Part shown: positions 1 through 7,514 of the stretch, one piece after another | How positions within the stretch are numbered: the stretch's first letter is position 1 | How the letters are laid out: each line of letters starts with the position of its first letter | IMG/VR virus record: IMGVR_UViG_3300031992_000005 | Span: 1 to 64,000 of that record | Direction: 5' to 3' (one strand) | DNA length: 64,000 bases | Origin: a virus | Translations under genes and position numbers: made by a program | The notes under the pieces: model-generated | What the model saw: only the letters and a program-made list of their open reading frames with translations | The model's database searches: none | What the model was told of the DNA's origin: nothing

Positions 1-26
1 TTAACAGTAGTAAAAATTGCATAAAA
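1..26. repeat. 26-nt direct repeat, copy 1 (TTAACAGTAGTAAAAATTGCATAAAA)
   Basis: Identical to 78-103. Abuts the window start. Confidence 0.9.
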
Positions 27-77
27 TTATTTTAATCAATATTTTAACCTAAATTTGGAAATTTATATATATAACCA

Positions 78-103
78 TTAACAGTAGTAAAAATTGCATA
101 AAA
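78..103. repeat. 26-nt direct repeat, copy 2
   Basis: Identical to 1-26, 77-nt period. Confidence 0.9.
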
Positions 104-191
104 GGTTTTATCTCCCACTTTAACGCGAAAAACTCTTGTATAAAGTCATAAACCCTTTATTAGAAGAAATTAATATAAATTTACAGATTTT

Positions 192-2300
192 ATGAATAAA
201 AAGATTTTAAAAATCCCAGCAAATATTGAATATATTTCAGATTGGGAAGATTATAAGATAGAGGATTTTCCTCATATCTTAGATAAGCAAGTTCCAGGAT
301 GTGGTTATACAGAGTATTGTATTAGAAATGACCAGAATATAATTCTCTGTTCTCCAAGAAAGATTCTTTTAAAGAATAAGGCAAAGCAACATCCAGGAGA
401 AGTATTCTTAGTTAGGTATCTTTTAGATGAACCCGAAGTTGATATTGATATTAGTAAACTTTCTAAAATTGATGGAAATTTTAGACAGAATATTAATATT
501 ACAAGTAATATTCAATTTTACAAAAAAGAATTTAAACTTAGGGAACAAGAGAAAAAGAACAGAGAAAAATTGGCTGAACAACTTAAACAGGAGCATGAAG
601 AGTTAAGGCAAGGAATTCTTAATTATTGTCAAGAAAGAAAAATGGGTAATAAGCCATATAAGATCTTAGTTACTTATGATTCTTTCAGAAAAGTAAAGGC
701 ATTATTAAAAGATCTTGGTATCTTAGAAGAATTCCATATAGTAGTTGACGAATTTCAGAGCATATTTACGGACTCCTATTTCAAGTCAGAAACAGAGAAT
801 GAATTTCTCACTCAATTACGAGATTTAAAGAAGGTTTGTTATGTATCAGCAACACCTATTATGGAGAATTACTTAGATCAGATTGATGAATTTAAGAATC
901 TCCCGTACTATGAATTTGACTGGATTAGTGAGGATCCTTCAAGATTAATCAGGCCAGTTATTGATATACATACTTTACAATCTATTACTTCAGTAGCTTC
1001 TGATATAATAAGTTCTTATAGAAAAGAAAAGGGGGTTTGTGAATTATCTTATGATCCCGAAACAGGAGAACAGAAATATGTTCAATCTAAGGAAGCTGTA
1101 TTCTATGTTAATTCAGTTGAAAACATTATAAGAATAATCAGAAGTTCTAATCTTCAGCCTGAGGAGGTAAATATCTTATGTGCTGATACTGAGAATAACA
1201 GAAAAAGAATTCAGATGAAATTAGGTAAGGATTTTACTATAGGTGAAGTTCCATTAAGAGCAGAGCCTAGAAAAATGTTTACTTTCTGTACTAGAACTGT
1301 TTACTTAGGAGCTGACTTTTATTCGGATAATGCTAGAAGTTTTGTCTTTAGTGATGCTAATATTAATACCTTAACAGTTGATATTAGATTGGACTTACCT
1401 CAGATCTTGGGTAGACAAAGACTTGCTAGTAACCCTTGGAAAAACAAGATAACGGTTTATGTCAATCCATTATTTAAGAATAACGAAGTACCTAAAGATG
1501 AATTTAATAGAGTTTTGAAAGAGAAAAAGGACTATACAAATTCAATTCTAATGGCTTGTGAAAATATAAATTTGGAAGAGCAAAAGAAAAACTTTACAAA
1601 AGTCATGAAGAAGCTCTGTGAATACAGTAAATATAAGTATTGTTATGTATCTGCAGATAAATTAATATCTCCTAATGATACTAAGTCCGTAGACTTTGAA
1701 TTAAAGTTTAATAACCTAGTATTCTTGTCAGAGAAGAGAGCATTTGAAATACAACAATCGGATTATAAAAATATGTTCTATGTTAAAAATGCTCTTAATA
1801 CTGCTTTTAAATCAGGACTTCAATTCTCTGAGGTTGAGAGGATATCTGAGGAAATCCTGAGTCAGGTTAATAAACTCCCTAGGTTTTACGAAATGATGAA
1901 GTATGTCTGTGAAAGATTAGTAAAAGAATCTCCAGAAGTACGTGAACGAGTTTTAGACCAAGTACCTAGGTATGTAAGAACATTCTACTTAACGGTTGGC
2001 CCTGAGAGATGTAAAGCTCTTAGTTATAACTATGGCAGAATCTATAATGAATTCAATAATATGATCTTAGTTGATCAAGCGAAAGTTGATGATATGATTT
2101 TAGCTTCTTTCAAGGTAGGTGATTTTTATGATGGGAAAGAAATAAAGAAGATTCTGTTAGAAATTTATAATAAAGCAAACCTAAAGAAAACTCCAAAAAT
2201 AAATGACTTAGAGGATACCTTTATTATACTGAGAACTACAATAACGAAGGATGATGGTAGCCATGTACAGGGATATAAAATCATCGCCTTAAAACCTTAA
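192..2300 (+). CDS. SF2 (DEAD/DExH-like) helicase-family protein
   Basis: 702-aa ORF. Motif II VVDEFQ, motif III VSATP, motif VI QILGRQR. The position expected for motif I reads PGCGYT (no Lys). Confidence 0.7.
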   Translation: MNKKILKIPANIEYISDWEDYKIEDFPHILDKQVPGCGYTEYCIRNDQNIILCSPRKILLKNKAKQHPGEVFLVRYLLDEPEVDIDISKLSKIDGNFRQNINITSNIQFYKKEFKLREQEKKNREKLAEQLKQEHEELRQGILNYCQERKMGNKPYKILVTYDSFRKVKALLKDLGILEEFHIVVDEFQSIFTDSYFKSETENEFLTQLRDLKKVCYVSATPIMENYLDQIDEFKNLPYYEFDWISEDPSRLIRPVIDIHTLQSITSVASDIISSYRKEKGVCELSYDPETGEQKYVQSKEAVFYVNSVENIIRIIRSSNLQPEEVNILCADTENNRKRIQMKLGKDFTIGEVPLRAEPRKMFTFCTRTVYLGADFYSDNARSFVFSDANINTLTVDIRLDLPQILGRQRLASNPWKNKITVYVNPLFKNNEVPKDEFNRVLKEKKDYTNSILMACENINLEEQKKNFTKVMKKLCEYSKYKYCYVSADKLISPNDTKSVDFELKFNNLVFLSEKRAFEIQQSDYKNMFYVKNALNTAFKSGLQFSEVERISEEILSQVNKLPRFYEMMKYVCERLVKESPEVRERVLDQVPRYVRTFYLTVGPERCKALSYNYGRIYNEFNNMILVDQAKVDDMILASFKVGDFYDGKEIKKILLEIYNKANLKKTPKINDLEDTFIILRTTITKDDGSHVQGYKIIALKP

Positions 2301-2307
2301 TAATGAA

Positions 2308-2387
2308 GGGAGGATGCCGAACACATTCGCTGCCATATAAGTTGATTAAAGTTATTTGATTTTATTGGCACCCTCCCATTTTTTTTT
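2308..2387 (+). terminator. long-loop hairpin plus T-run after the helicase gene
   Basis: GGGAGGATGCC (2308-2318) pairs with GGCACCCTCCC (2367-2377) with 1 mismatch, followed by T9. The loop is an unusual 48 nt. Confidence 0.5.
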
Positions 2388-2392
2388 GCTCG

Positions 2393-2427
2393 AAAAAAAA
2401 AGAAACTCTCACACTTGGTGGAGTTTC
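2393..2427 (-). terminator. intrinsic terminator
   Basis: GAAACTC/GAGTTTC stem overlapping the stop of 2409-3134, then T9 on the minus strand. Confidence 0.7.
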
Positions 2428-3134
2428 ATAATTAATTTTGGAATATAGTTCAGATCACCTTCCCAACCACTTCTTCTTAGGTCTTCTTCAGATACTAATC
2501 CTCTTATGAGAAGCCAATACGGAACTTCTGAGAAATACTCTTTCAATTGGTTAGTTAGTATCTTAGGATTTTTATTAGGTCTAGAAAATACTGATATAGA
2601 TTTTATATTTTCCAATAGATTATATACAATGTCAAGATCTTCCTTGTAGTTTGTAACCTCTAGTGGTACTTGGGTCCAAAGCTTAGAAGGAGCAACTGGC
2701 ATTTTTATCATAAACCTTTTTACGTTTAAGTCAAAATATACTATTGGATGTGTATAAAGATACGTGAAGTTTTCTGCTTTCCCATGAGTGGCAGATAGTA
2801 ATCTTAATCTATCTATCAATTCAGTTAATAGGGATGCACCCATTGGAACATATTCAATATTCGCTTTTAAGAGATTCTTCAATAGAAGTCTGTGTGCTGG
2901 ATATGATCTAATCTCTGACTTTAGTTTTCTAATATACCAAGATTCATCCCCATCTGAATTTGTTACTCGAAAATATTCTCTCGCACTAGAGGCTTTTTTT
3001 CTGAATATTTTATGCTCTAAGCCCTTGTTGAATTCTAAGCAATACCAATCAGGCTCGAGTTCTTGTACTCCTTCCGTACCTAATAGGCAGGTTGGATCTT
3101 CTAGGTTAAACCCTATATAAGATTTACAGGACAT
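2409..3134 (-). CDS. hypothetical protein
   Basis: 241-aa ORF. A hairpin plus T-run overlaps its stop. No recognisable motif. Confidence 0.6.
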   Translation of the reverse strand: MSCKSYIGFNLEDPTCLLGTEGVQELEPDWYCLEFNKGLEHKIFRKKASSAREYFRVTNSDGDESWYIRKLKSEIRSYPAHRLLLKNLLKANIEYVPMGASLLTELIDRLRLLSATHGKAENFTYLYTHPIVYFDLNVKRFMIKMPVAPSKLWTQVPLEVTNYKEDLDIVYNLLENIKSISVFSRPNKNPKILTNQLKEYFSEVPYWLLIRGLVSEEDLRRSGWEGDLNYIPKLIMKLHQV

Positions 3135-3967
3135 TCTTTATAAATTTTATCATATTCAAGAAAAAACCCTTCCCTTGGTTGATCCATCTGAGCGTAGGCA
3201 AATTGTCTAGTTTTATTAGATAGAATTTCCTCTATAAATGAAATTAAGTAATCTATTTTATTTCTCAGATTAAACAGTACGCGAAGATAGTGTATACTGT
3301 AGAATAAGTTTTCTGTAGCATAGGGAGTAGGTCCGCTGATTAAAGGATCTAATCTAAAATATAGATCTGCTATTGCATGGTAATCTTCGTTATTATCCAA
3401 GCTAGCTCTAAAATTGCCATCCATGATTTTATGTAATGGATATTTCTTATAGCTAGGGTGATCCAATAAACAGAATTCTATGTGTGGTTTTGAAGATTCG
3501 ATAACATAGCCGTCTTTATTTCTCTTTTCAGGTTTTCCGCAGAGTTCTATTATACTACACGTTGAATCTTTTCTTGCAAAATCATATGTTATTGGCGGTT
3601 CATCAGAATGTAGCTCAATTCCATTTATAACCGTATGATGACCCCTTAATTTAAAGGGAGTTATTTTCCTATAACCAATTCCTTCTTCCTCATCTACAAA
3701 TAATTCCCAGATTTTATTTTTCCTAAGAATCAGGTTAAATAAACCAGACGTGATTGTCAGGTTATTGTTGATAAGCTCAAAGATCTTCTCAAGAAATATA
3801 TGTGTTGGAATAATAATCGCACTCAAGTTATCTCCAGGAAAATACCAAGGAATCTTATTGGAATCTAATATAGAAGCTCTCATTCTTAGTGCTTCATAAC
3901 TATCAAGATTCTCAATTAAGAAATAACTTGTTGTTTCTTGATTTTTTGGGAAAAATTTCTTCATCAT
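3113..3967 (-). CDS. hypothetical protein
   Basis: 284-aa ORF packed against its neighbours. No recognisable motif. Confidence 0.6.
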   Translation of the reverse strand: MMKKFFPKNQETTSYFLIENLDSYEALRMRASILDSNKIPWYFPGDNLSAIIIPTHIFLEKIFELINNNLTITSGLFNLILRKNKIWELFVDEEEGIGYRKITPFKLRGHHTVINGIELHSDEPPITYDFARKDSTCSIIELCGKPEKRNKDGYVIESSKPHIEFCLLDHPSYKKYPLHKIMDGNFRASLDNNEDYHAIADLYFRLDPLISGPTPYATENLFYSIHYLRVLFNLRNKIDYLISFIEEILSNKTRQFAYAQMDQPREGFFLEYDKIYKECPVNLI

Positions 3968-4356
3968 AATGTGGGGTCTTTTAATTCAGGTATAATATTG
4001 GTAATGTATTTCCTATATGGAAGAATTAGTTCATAATCCCCATCTTTAAAGTAACCTTTCATGACCTCTAAGCTACTCTTTAAACAGTCACGACGATATT
4101 TCATATCCCTCCTACTAATCTTAAGCTTATCATATTTGAATGCCAGGTATACGTCATTAAACGCCTTCTCTGTCTCAGGTTTAATATTTCTACTAACTCT
4201 TCCGAGAGCAGCAAGGAATTCATCTGTTGCCTTCATGTCATATTCATAGCAGAAGATATAATGTTCATAGAGACTCATTATTGTCTTCGCTGAATTCTTT
4301 CTTCGGTTTAATCTAGCCCAGACTAGGCGAATGGTTTTAATAATATCCTTTAACAT
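3964..4356 (-). CDS. hypothetical protein
   Basis: 130-aa ORF with a 4-nt overlap onto the downstream gene. Confidence 0.55.
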   Translation of the reverse strand: MLKDIIKTIRLVWARLNRRKNSAKTIMSLYEHYIFCYEYDMKATDEFLAALGRVSRNIKPETEKAFNDVYLAFKYDKLKISRRDMKYRRDCLKSSLEVMKGYFKDGDYELILPYRKYITNIIPELKDPTL

Positions 4357-4541
4357 AATATTGAGACGGTTAATGCTGTTAATACTAATGTCGGATTCTT
4401 TGCAATAGCTACGATAGTAGCCGTTAGTAATGCTGTAGTACCGATTACAACTGGTACTATTGGAGTTACAGTAAGAGCTATTCCTATTACTCCTGCTAAT
4501 TTAAAAAATTGTTTCATAATTAATTCTAAATAAGTTTTCAT
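4350..4541 (-). CDS. small membrane protein
   Basis: 63 aa, almost entirely hydrophobic (two predicted TM stretches by eye). Confidence 0.5.
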   Translation of the reverse strand: MKTYLELIMKQFFKLAGVIGIALTVTPIVPVVIGTTALLTATIVAIAKNPTLVLTALTVSILC

Positions 4542-4740
4542 GTTTTATTTGTATAAAAGTGTTAAACTTAATTAGCACTACTAATACCACTACTAATATT
4601 AGTGTGGCTATAATACCGACAATTAGTCTATTCTTCTTTACATTGATTAATATCAAGCCATATATAAAATATGCTAATAAACAAACTATTGTATATATAG
4701 TTGCATATAAGCTATAATGTTCAATTAAGAACTCTATCAT
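4501..4740 (-). CDS. small membrane protein
   Basis: 79 aa with two hydrophobic stretches. Confidence 0.5.
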   Translation of the reverse strand: MIEFLIEHYSLYATIYTIVCLLAYFIYGLILINVKKNRLIVGIIATLILVVVLVVLIKFNTFIQIKHENLFRINYETIF

Positions 4741-4750
4741 ATGGTTTGTT

Positions 4751-5341
4751 TTAATCCTCCGTAACGTTAATCTTGGCTAATACAAAGTATACATCTTTTT
4801 CATCGTCGTCAAGTTTTTCCTCATATTCATCTAAAGCTACTTGCAAGTCCTTTAGATTAGGATTTATTGTCTTACCAACTAAGTTTGATACGTAATTAGC
4901 GGTTTCTTCTATTGTCCTGAACATATGGGAATCGTCAAAGAATTCCAAGTAATATCGTCCAGGAAAATATTGGCCAGAACAATCATTTGTTACGTACCAT
5001 CCACAACCTACTTCAATATCTTGGTAGTAAACCTTGATTGATGGAAATTTCTGTTCAATAAATTTCCTGAATCCCTCCTGTTCACACCAGGCAGTACTTT
5101 GATAGATAGTAAGTTTCTTGGCTCCTTTCTCCATATCGAAGTCGATAATCTCACCTCTACATTTCCAATTTTTCCAGTTACCACCAAGTTGATCAATAAT
5201 ATTACCTATCCAAAGAGTACCGAAGCCATTCTTAATACGACTTGTTTTTCTCTTGTTATTAGTTTTTATTGCATTATTTAATTGGCGAATTTCTTTTGGA
5301 TCGCCTACACAAATATAAGTTGTATCGCACCAATTTGGCAT
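4751..5341 (-). CDS. DUF1281/Api92-like protein (tentative)
   Basis: 196 aa starting MPNWCDTTY, an N-terminal motif I associate with the DUF1281 / Api92-like ferredoxin-fold family. Promoter-like motif at 5365-5378. Confidence 0.45.
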   Translation of the reverse strand: MPNWCDTTYICVGDPKEIRQLNNAIKTNNKRKTSRIKNGFGTLWIGNIIDQLGGNWKNWKCRGEIIDFDMEKGAKKLTIYQSTAWCEQEGFRKFIEQKFPSIKVYYQDIEVGCGWYVTNDCSGQYFPGRYYLEFFDDSHMFRTIEETANYVSNLVGKTINPNLKDLQVALDEYEEKLDDDEKDVYFVLAKINVTED

Positions 5342-5364
5342 AATAAATTTGTTTTAATACATTC

Positions 5365-5378
5365 GTATATAAGGAAAT
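5365..5378 (-). promoter_or_regulatory. phage promoter-like motif (plus-strand GTATATAAGGAAAT)
   Basis: Member of the CCTTATATA family, about 25 nt upstream of the ATG at 5341. Confidence 0.5.
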
Positions 5379-5382
5379 AAAG

Positions 5383-5401
5383 GGTGAGCTAATTGCTCAC
5401 C
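5383..5401 (-). terminator. hairpin overlapping the stop of 5397-6242
   Basis: GGTGAGC/GCTCACC stem followed by a T-rich tract. Confidence 0.5.
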
Positions 5402-6242
5402 TTAACATACTGAGTATTTCTTTCTTATTTTTGATAGATATGAATTCAAATGGTATATAATTAGTTTGATTGTTGGCATAATTAATGTTCACACCAAGAT
5501 CTGTTATGCGAACTTCAGAAATTGTTATATCTTTATTTTGACAAAACATTTTTCTTATTTTCTCAAACGAATCTAGATCCGTTATCGTTATACTTGCAGG
5601 TGTAGCCGCCTTTTTAATTCTTTTGTCCAATGCTCTATTCAGTTCTAAGTATTTGATTAACTTATCTTTGAACTCAGAAGAGAAGACAGAGTTATCCCTT
5701 AGTGGAACTGTACAGAAATATTTTTCATATACACGATCCTTGAGCTTAAGTTTGAGTATTAATCTAAATAAGACTCGTCCGCCTCTTATTTTTGTCAAAT
5801 GAAATTTAGTTACCTTAAGGATCTTTTGTAGTTCAACCTCTTCTAATGGTTGTGATTTTCTCAGACGATCTTTAACTAATTTAAAAAGACCTGGATTTTT
5901 ACATAAATCATTGGATAAGTCTTCATCTACAATTATTCTTTCGAAGTTAATATATTTATGTAACTTCGTTTCGATTGGATCAAGTGTTGCTAATCCAGTC
6001 TCATTACCAAGATAAATATTTATATTTTCAAATCTTGTTAGTAATTCTATAACCTTTGCTTCAAGATCTGTTTCGGTCATACCTAAGATCTCAGCTTTCA
6101 GGCTTAGTTCTGATTGATATGAGTTTAGAATATTTTTCTTAATTCTTGAATAACAACACCGTATATCACTAAATAAAATTACTTCTCTTTTTAAGAGAGC
6201 TAGGTTTTTTAATGCTAAAAATTTTTTTCTTGAATCGTTCAT
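5397..6242 (-). CDS. hypothetical protein
   Basis: 281-aa ORF. A hairpin overlaps the stop. Confidence 0.6.
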   Translation of the reverse strand: MNDSRKKFLALKNLALLKREVILFSDIRCCYSRIKKNILNSYQSELSLKAEILGMTETDLEAKVIELLTRFENINIYLGNETGLATLDPIETKLHKYINFERIIVDEDLSNDLCKNPGLFKLVKDRLRKSQPLEEVELQKILKVTKFHLTKIRGGRVLFRLILKLKLKDRVYEKYFCTVPLRDNSVFSSEFKDKLIKYLELNRALDKRIKKAATPASITITDLDSFEKIRKMFCQNKDITISEVRITDLGVNINYANNQTNYIPFEFISIKNKKEILSMLR

Positions 6243-6292
6243 AGTTACACTTAATTTATATTATACTATATTAGTAAGGATTTTCAGGGAAC

Positions 6293-6326
6293 AAAAAAAA
6301 AGAGGATTCTGTTGCCAAGCTCCTCT
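6293..6326 (-). terminator. intrinsic terminator
   Basis: AGAGGA/TCCTCT stem followed by T8 on the minus strand, downstream of the DUF1874 gene. Confidence 0.7.
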
Positions 6327-6364
6327 TTTATACTCCGTCACCTATTGTGCAGTGGTTTTTGCAC

Positions 6365-6670
6365 TCATCCCTGATGTACGGTTACCTTCACAAATGTGAA
6401 GTGAAATCCATCTGGGAGCGTCGTGGCGCCTTCTGGAAGACGTCCGCCGGTCAGCTGAGCTACAAAGATGCTGTCGCCATCTTCGAGTTTTACATTAACT
6501 CGATTACAAGGCAAACCCAGCACCCTAGCTGTATCTGCATGACCAATAGCGGATACACCATCCTTAGGAAGGCTATCTACAGGCTCTGATGTGATTACCC
6601 ACTTCTTAGTGAGGTCTAACATCTGAAATGAAAATGCATTGCACACGAATGCTTTTACGTTCTTTTCCAT
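6365..6670 (-). CDS. DUF1874 (STIV B116-like) family protein
   Basis: 101 aa. Contains NAFSFQML, SAIGHADTA and VAQLTGGRLPEGATTLP, a pattern typical of DUF1874. It has its own promoter motif and terminator and is visibly more G+C-rich than its flanks. Confidence 0.65.
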   Translation of the reverse strand: MEKNVKAFVCNAFSFQMLDLTKKWVITSEPVDSLPKDGVSAIGHADTARVLGLPCNRVNVKLEDGDSIFVAQLTGGRLPEGATTLPDGFHFTFVKVTVHQG

Positions 6671-6707
6671 AATCTGTTTGGTTTTAGTTAAACATATTAA
6701 TTACTAT

Positions 6708-6727
6708 CTCTATATATAAGGCATTTT
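6708..6727 (-). promoter_or_regulatory. phage promoter-like motif (coding-strand AAAATGCCTTATATATAGAG)
   Basis: About 40 nt upstream of the ATG at 6670. Consensus member. Confidence 0.6.
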
Positions 6728-6742
6728 CCTCCTTCAGGGAAG

Positions 6743-6771
6743 GAAAAAAAAGGCAGTGGGTTTTCACTGCC
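6743..6771 (-). terminator. intrinsic terminator
   Basis: GGCAGTG/CACTGCC stem plus T8, overlapping the micro-ORF stop. Confidence 0.7.
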
Positions 6772-6868
6772 ACCGTAGAATCGCAGCTAAGATGAATCCT
6801 GCGATTCCTATCAATAAGTAAACCGTCTCTAATTTCTCATAGAGACTTATTTCACTTCGCTTTTTCAT
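6764..6868 (-). CDS. 34-aa micro-ORF, hydrophobic peptide
   Basis: MKKRSEISLYEKLETVYLLIGIAGFILAAILRWQ. The ATG lies about 20 nt downstream of promoter motif 6888-6907, and the stop sits inside terminator hairpin 6752-6771. Below the ORF-track threshold. Confidence 0.35.
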   Translation of the reverse strand: MKKRSEISLYEKLETVYLLIGIAGFILAAILRWQ

Positions 6869-6887
6869 AATTTTTTTTGTTTTAGTT

Positions 6888-6907
6888 ATTATATTAATAA
6901 GGCATTT
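6888..6907 (-). promoter_or_regulatory. phage promoter-like motif (variant CCTTATTAATAT)
   Basis: Precedes micro-ORF 6764-6868. Confidence 0.5.
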
Positions 6908-6923
6908 CTTTTACTCCTGGAAG

Positions 6924-6995
6924 GAAAAAAATAAAGAGGTCTATATCTATCTCAGACGTTGACCTCTTGCGAGAATTACAATAGATAAAGTATGT
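6924..6995 (-). ncRNA. candidate short transcript U5 (about 65-70 nt, boundaries approximate)
   Basis: Lies between promoter motif 6998-7022 and an 8-bp hairpin (6934-6968) plus a T-rich run. No ORF. Confidence 0.35.
6934..6968 (-). repeat. hairpin module, copy A (AAGAGGTCTATATCTATCTCAGACGTTGACCTCTT on the plus strand)
   Basis: Near-identical to 7386-7419 and similar to 7281-7313. Confidence 0.85.
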
Positions 6996-6997
6996 TA

Positions 6998-7022
6998 CCA
7001 TTAATAAGGCATTAAGGGGAAG
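6998..7022 (-). promoter_or_regulatory. phage promoter-like motif
   Basis: Coding strand reads CTTCCCCTTAATGCCTTATTAATGG. Confidence 0.5.
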
Positions 7023-7110
7023 AAAAAAAATGGCCAAGGGAACCTTTAGAAATGTTTTGGGGAGTAGTGTCTAGCGTCAATGTTCGTGGTTCCCCGGCCA
7101 TCTATACAAG
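7023..7110 (-). ncRNA. candidate short transcript U4 (about 85 nt, boundaries approximate)
   Basis: A 13-bp interrupted closing stem (ATGGCC-GGGGAACC with GGTTCCC-TT-GGCCAT) encloses about 43 nt and is followed by T8. No ORF. Confidence 0.4.
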
Positions 7111-7113
7111 ATT

Positions 7114-7136
7114 CATTTATAAGGAATTAAGGGGAT
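7114..7136 (-). promoter_or_regulatory. phage promoter-like motif
   Basis: Coding strand reads ATCCCCTTAATTCCTTATAAATG. Confidence 0.5.
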
Positions 7137-7138
7137 AT

Positions 7139-7247
7139 AAAAAAAAAAGGGGTCTACTCTCACAAGCGAACCCCCTTGAATGTTGTGGTGGAAAAATTAT
7201 TTAAAAAACCACCACACTCTAATTGAATAATGAGCTTTACCAACATG
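7139..7247 (-). ncRNA. candidate short transcript U3 (about 100 nt, boundaries approximate)
   Basis: Two hairpins: GTGGTGG/CCACCAC at 7185-7215 and GGGGT/ACCCC at 7149-7174 plus T10. The only ORF is a 30-codon one starting inside the promoter motif. Confidence 0.35.
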
Positions 7248-7249
7248 TT

Positions 7250-7272
7250 CATATATAAGAGTTTAAGGGGAT
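7250..7272 (-). promoter_or_regulatory. phage promoter-like motif
   Basis: Coding strand reads ATCCCCTTAAACTCTTATATATG. Confidence 0.5.
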
Positions 7273-7352
7273 AAAAAAAAAGAGATCTATATCTTCTCAG
7301 ACTTTGACCTCTTTACAAATAAATCATGAATAATACTGAATTCAAACTAAAA
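7273..7352 (-). ncRNA. candidate short transcript U2 (about 70-80 nt, boundaries approximate)
   Basis: Lies between promoter motif 7356-7378 and hairpin module copy C plus T9. No ORF longer than 5 codons. Confidence 0.35.
7281..7313 (-). repeat. hairpin module, copy C (diverged)
   Basis: AGAGATCTATATCTTCTCAGACTTTGACCTCTT: two substitutions and a 1-nt deletion relative to copies A and B. Confidence 0.8.
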
Positions 7353-7355
7353 CTA

Positions 7356-7378
7356 CATATATAAGGAATTAGGGGGAT
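7356..7378 (-). promoter_or_regulatory. phage promoter-like motif
   Basis: Coding strand reads ATCCCCCTAATTCCTTATATATG. Confidence 0.5.
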
Positions 7379-7450
7379 AAAAAAAAGAGGTCTATATCTA
7401 TCTCAGACGTTGACCCCTTAAATACCAAAAAAAGTAGTTAAATATTTTAA
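7379..7450 (-). ncRNA. candidate short transcript U1 (about 60-70 nt, boundaries approximate)
   Basis: Lies between promoter motif 7454-7477 and hairpin module copy B plus T8. No ORF. Confidence 0.35.
7386..7419 (-). repeat. hairpin module, copy B
   Basis: AGAGGTCTATATCTATCTCAGACGTTGACCCCTT, 1 mismatch to copy A. Confidence 0.85.
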
Positions 7451-7453
7451 TAC

Positions 7454-7477
7454 CTATACATAAGGCATTGAGGGGAT
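7454..7477 (-). promoter_or_regulatory. phage promoter-like motif
   Basis: Coding strand reads ATCCCCTCAATGCCTTATGTATAG. Confidence 0.5.
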
Positions 7478-7514
7478 AAAAAAAGAAAGCTCCACCCTCA
7501 CGGGCAAAGCTCTC
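7478..7514 (-). terminator. intrinsic terminator of the Clp ATPase gene
   Basis: GAGAGCT/AGCTTTC stem (one G-U pair) followed by T7 on the minus strand. Confidence 0.6.

Noticed and set aside
2788-3120. Many ORFs of 60-140 aa in the six-frame track lie antisense to, or nested inside, longer ORFs. Examples: 2788-3120, 4061-4249, 5008-5196, 5099-5281, 6347-6589, 7802-9814 (several), 11015-11287, 11815-12057, 12754-12981, 13873-14067, 17933-18148, 18454-18639, 20726-20941, 21043-21252, 21315-21527, 23072-23302, 24987-25196, 26351-26551, 26865-27062, 29383-29574, 30138-30353, 31022-31252, 32559-33140, 33914-34180, 34724-34969, 35262-35459, 37521-38956, 39097-39781, 42195-42407, 43172-43513, 44156-45514, 47924-48244, 48758-49048, 52729-52956, 53036-53242, 54754-54942, 56022-57416, 57972-58190, 58346-58814, 59522-59743, 60582-60957, 61096-61407 and 63694-63891.
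   Set aside because: Each is fully overlapped by a longer ORF with a recognisable domain or better context. Their products are low-complexity (S/L/F/I-rich), as expected from the antisense of AT-rich coding DNA. None has the promoter cassette upstream.
7159-7251. 30-codon ORF (MNMLVKLIIQLECGGFLNNFSTTTFKGVRL) in mini-unit U3.
   Set aside because: Its ATG is part of the promoter motif itself (CTTATATATGAAC), so it is probably not transcribed. The peptide has no distinctive features. The same caveat applies to the 27-aa ORF at 54534-54617, which I kept only as an alternative reading.
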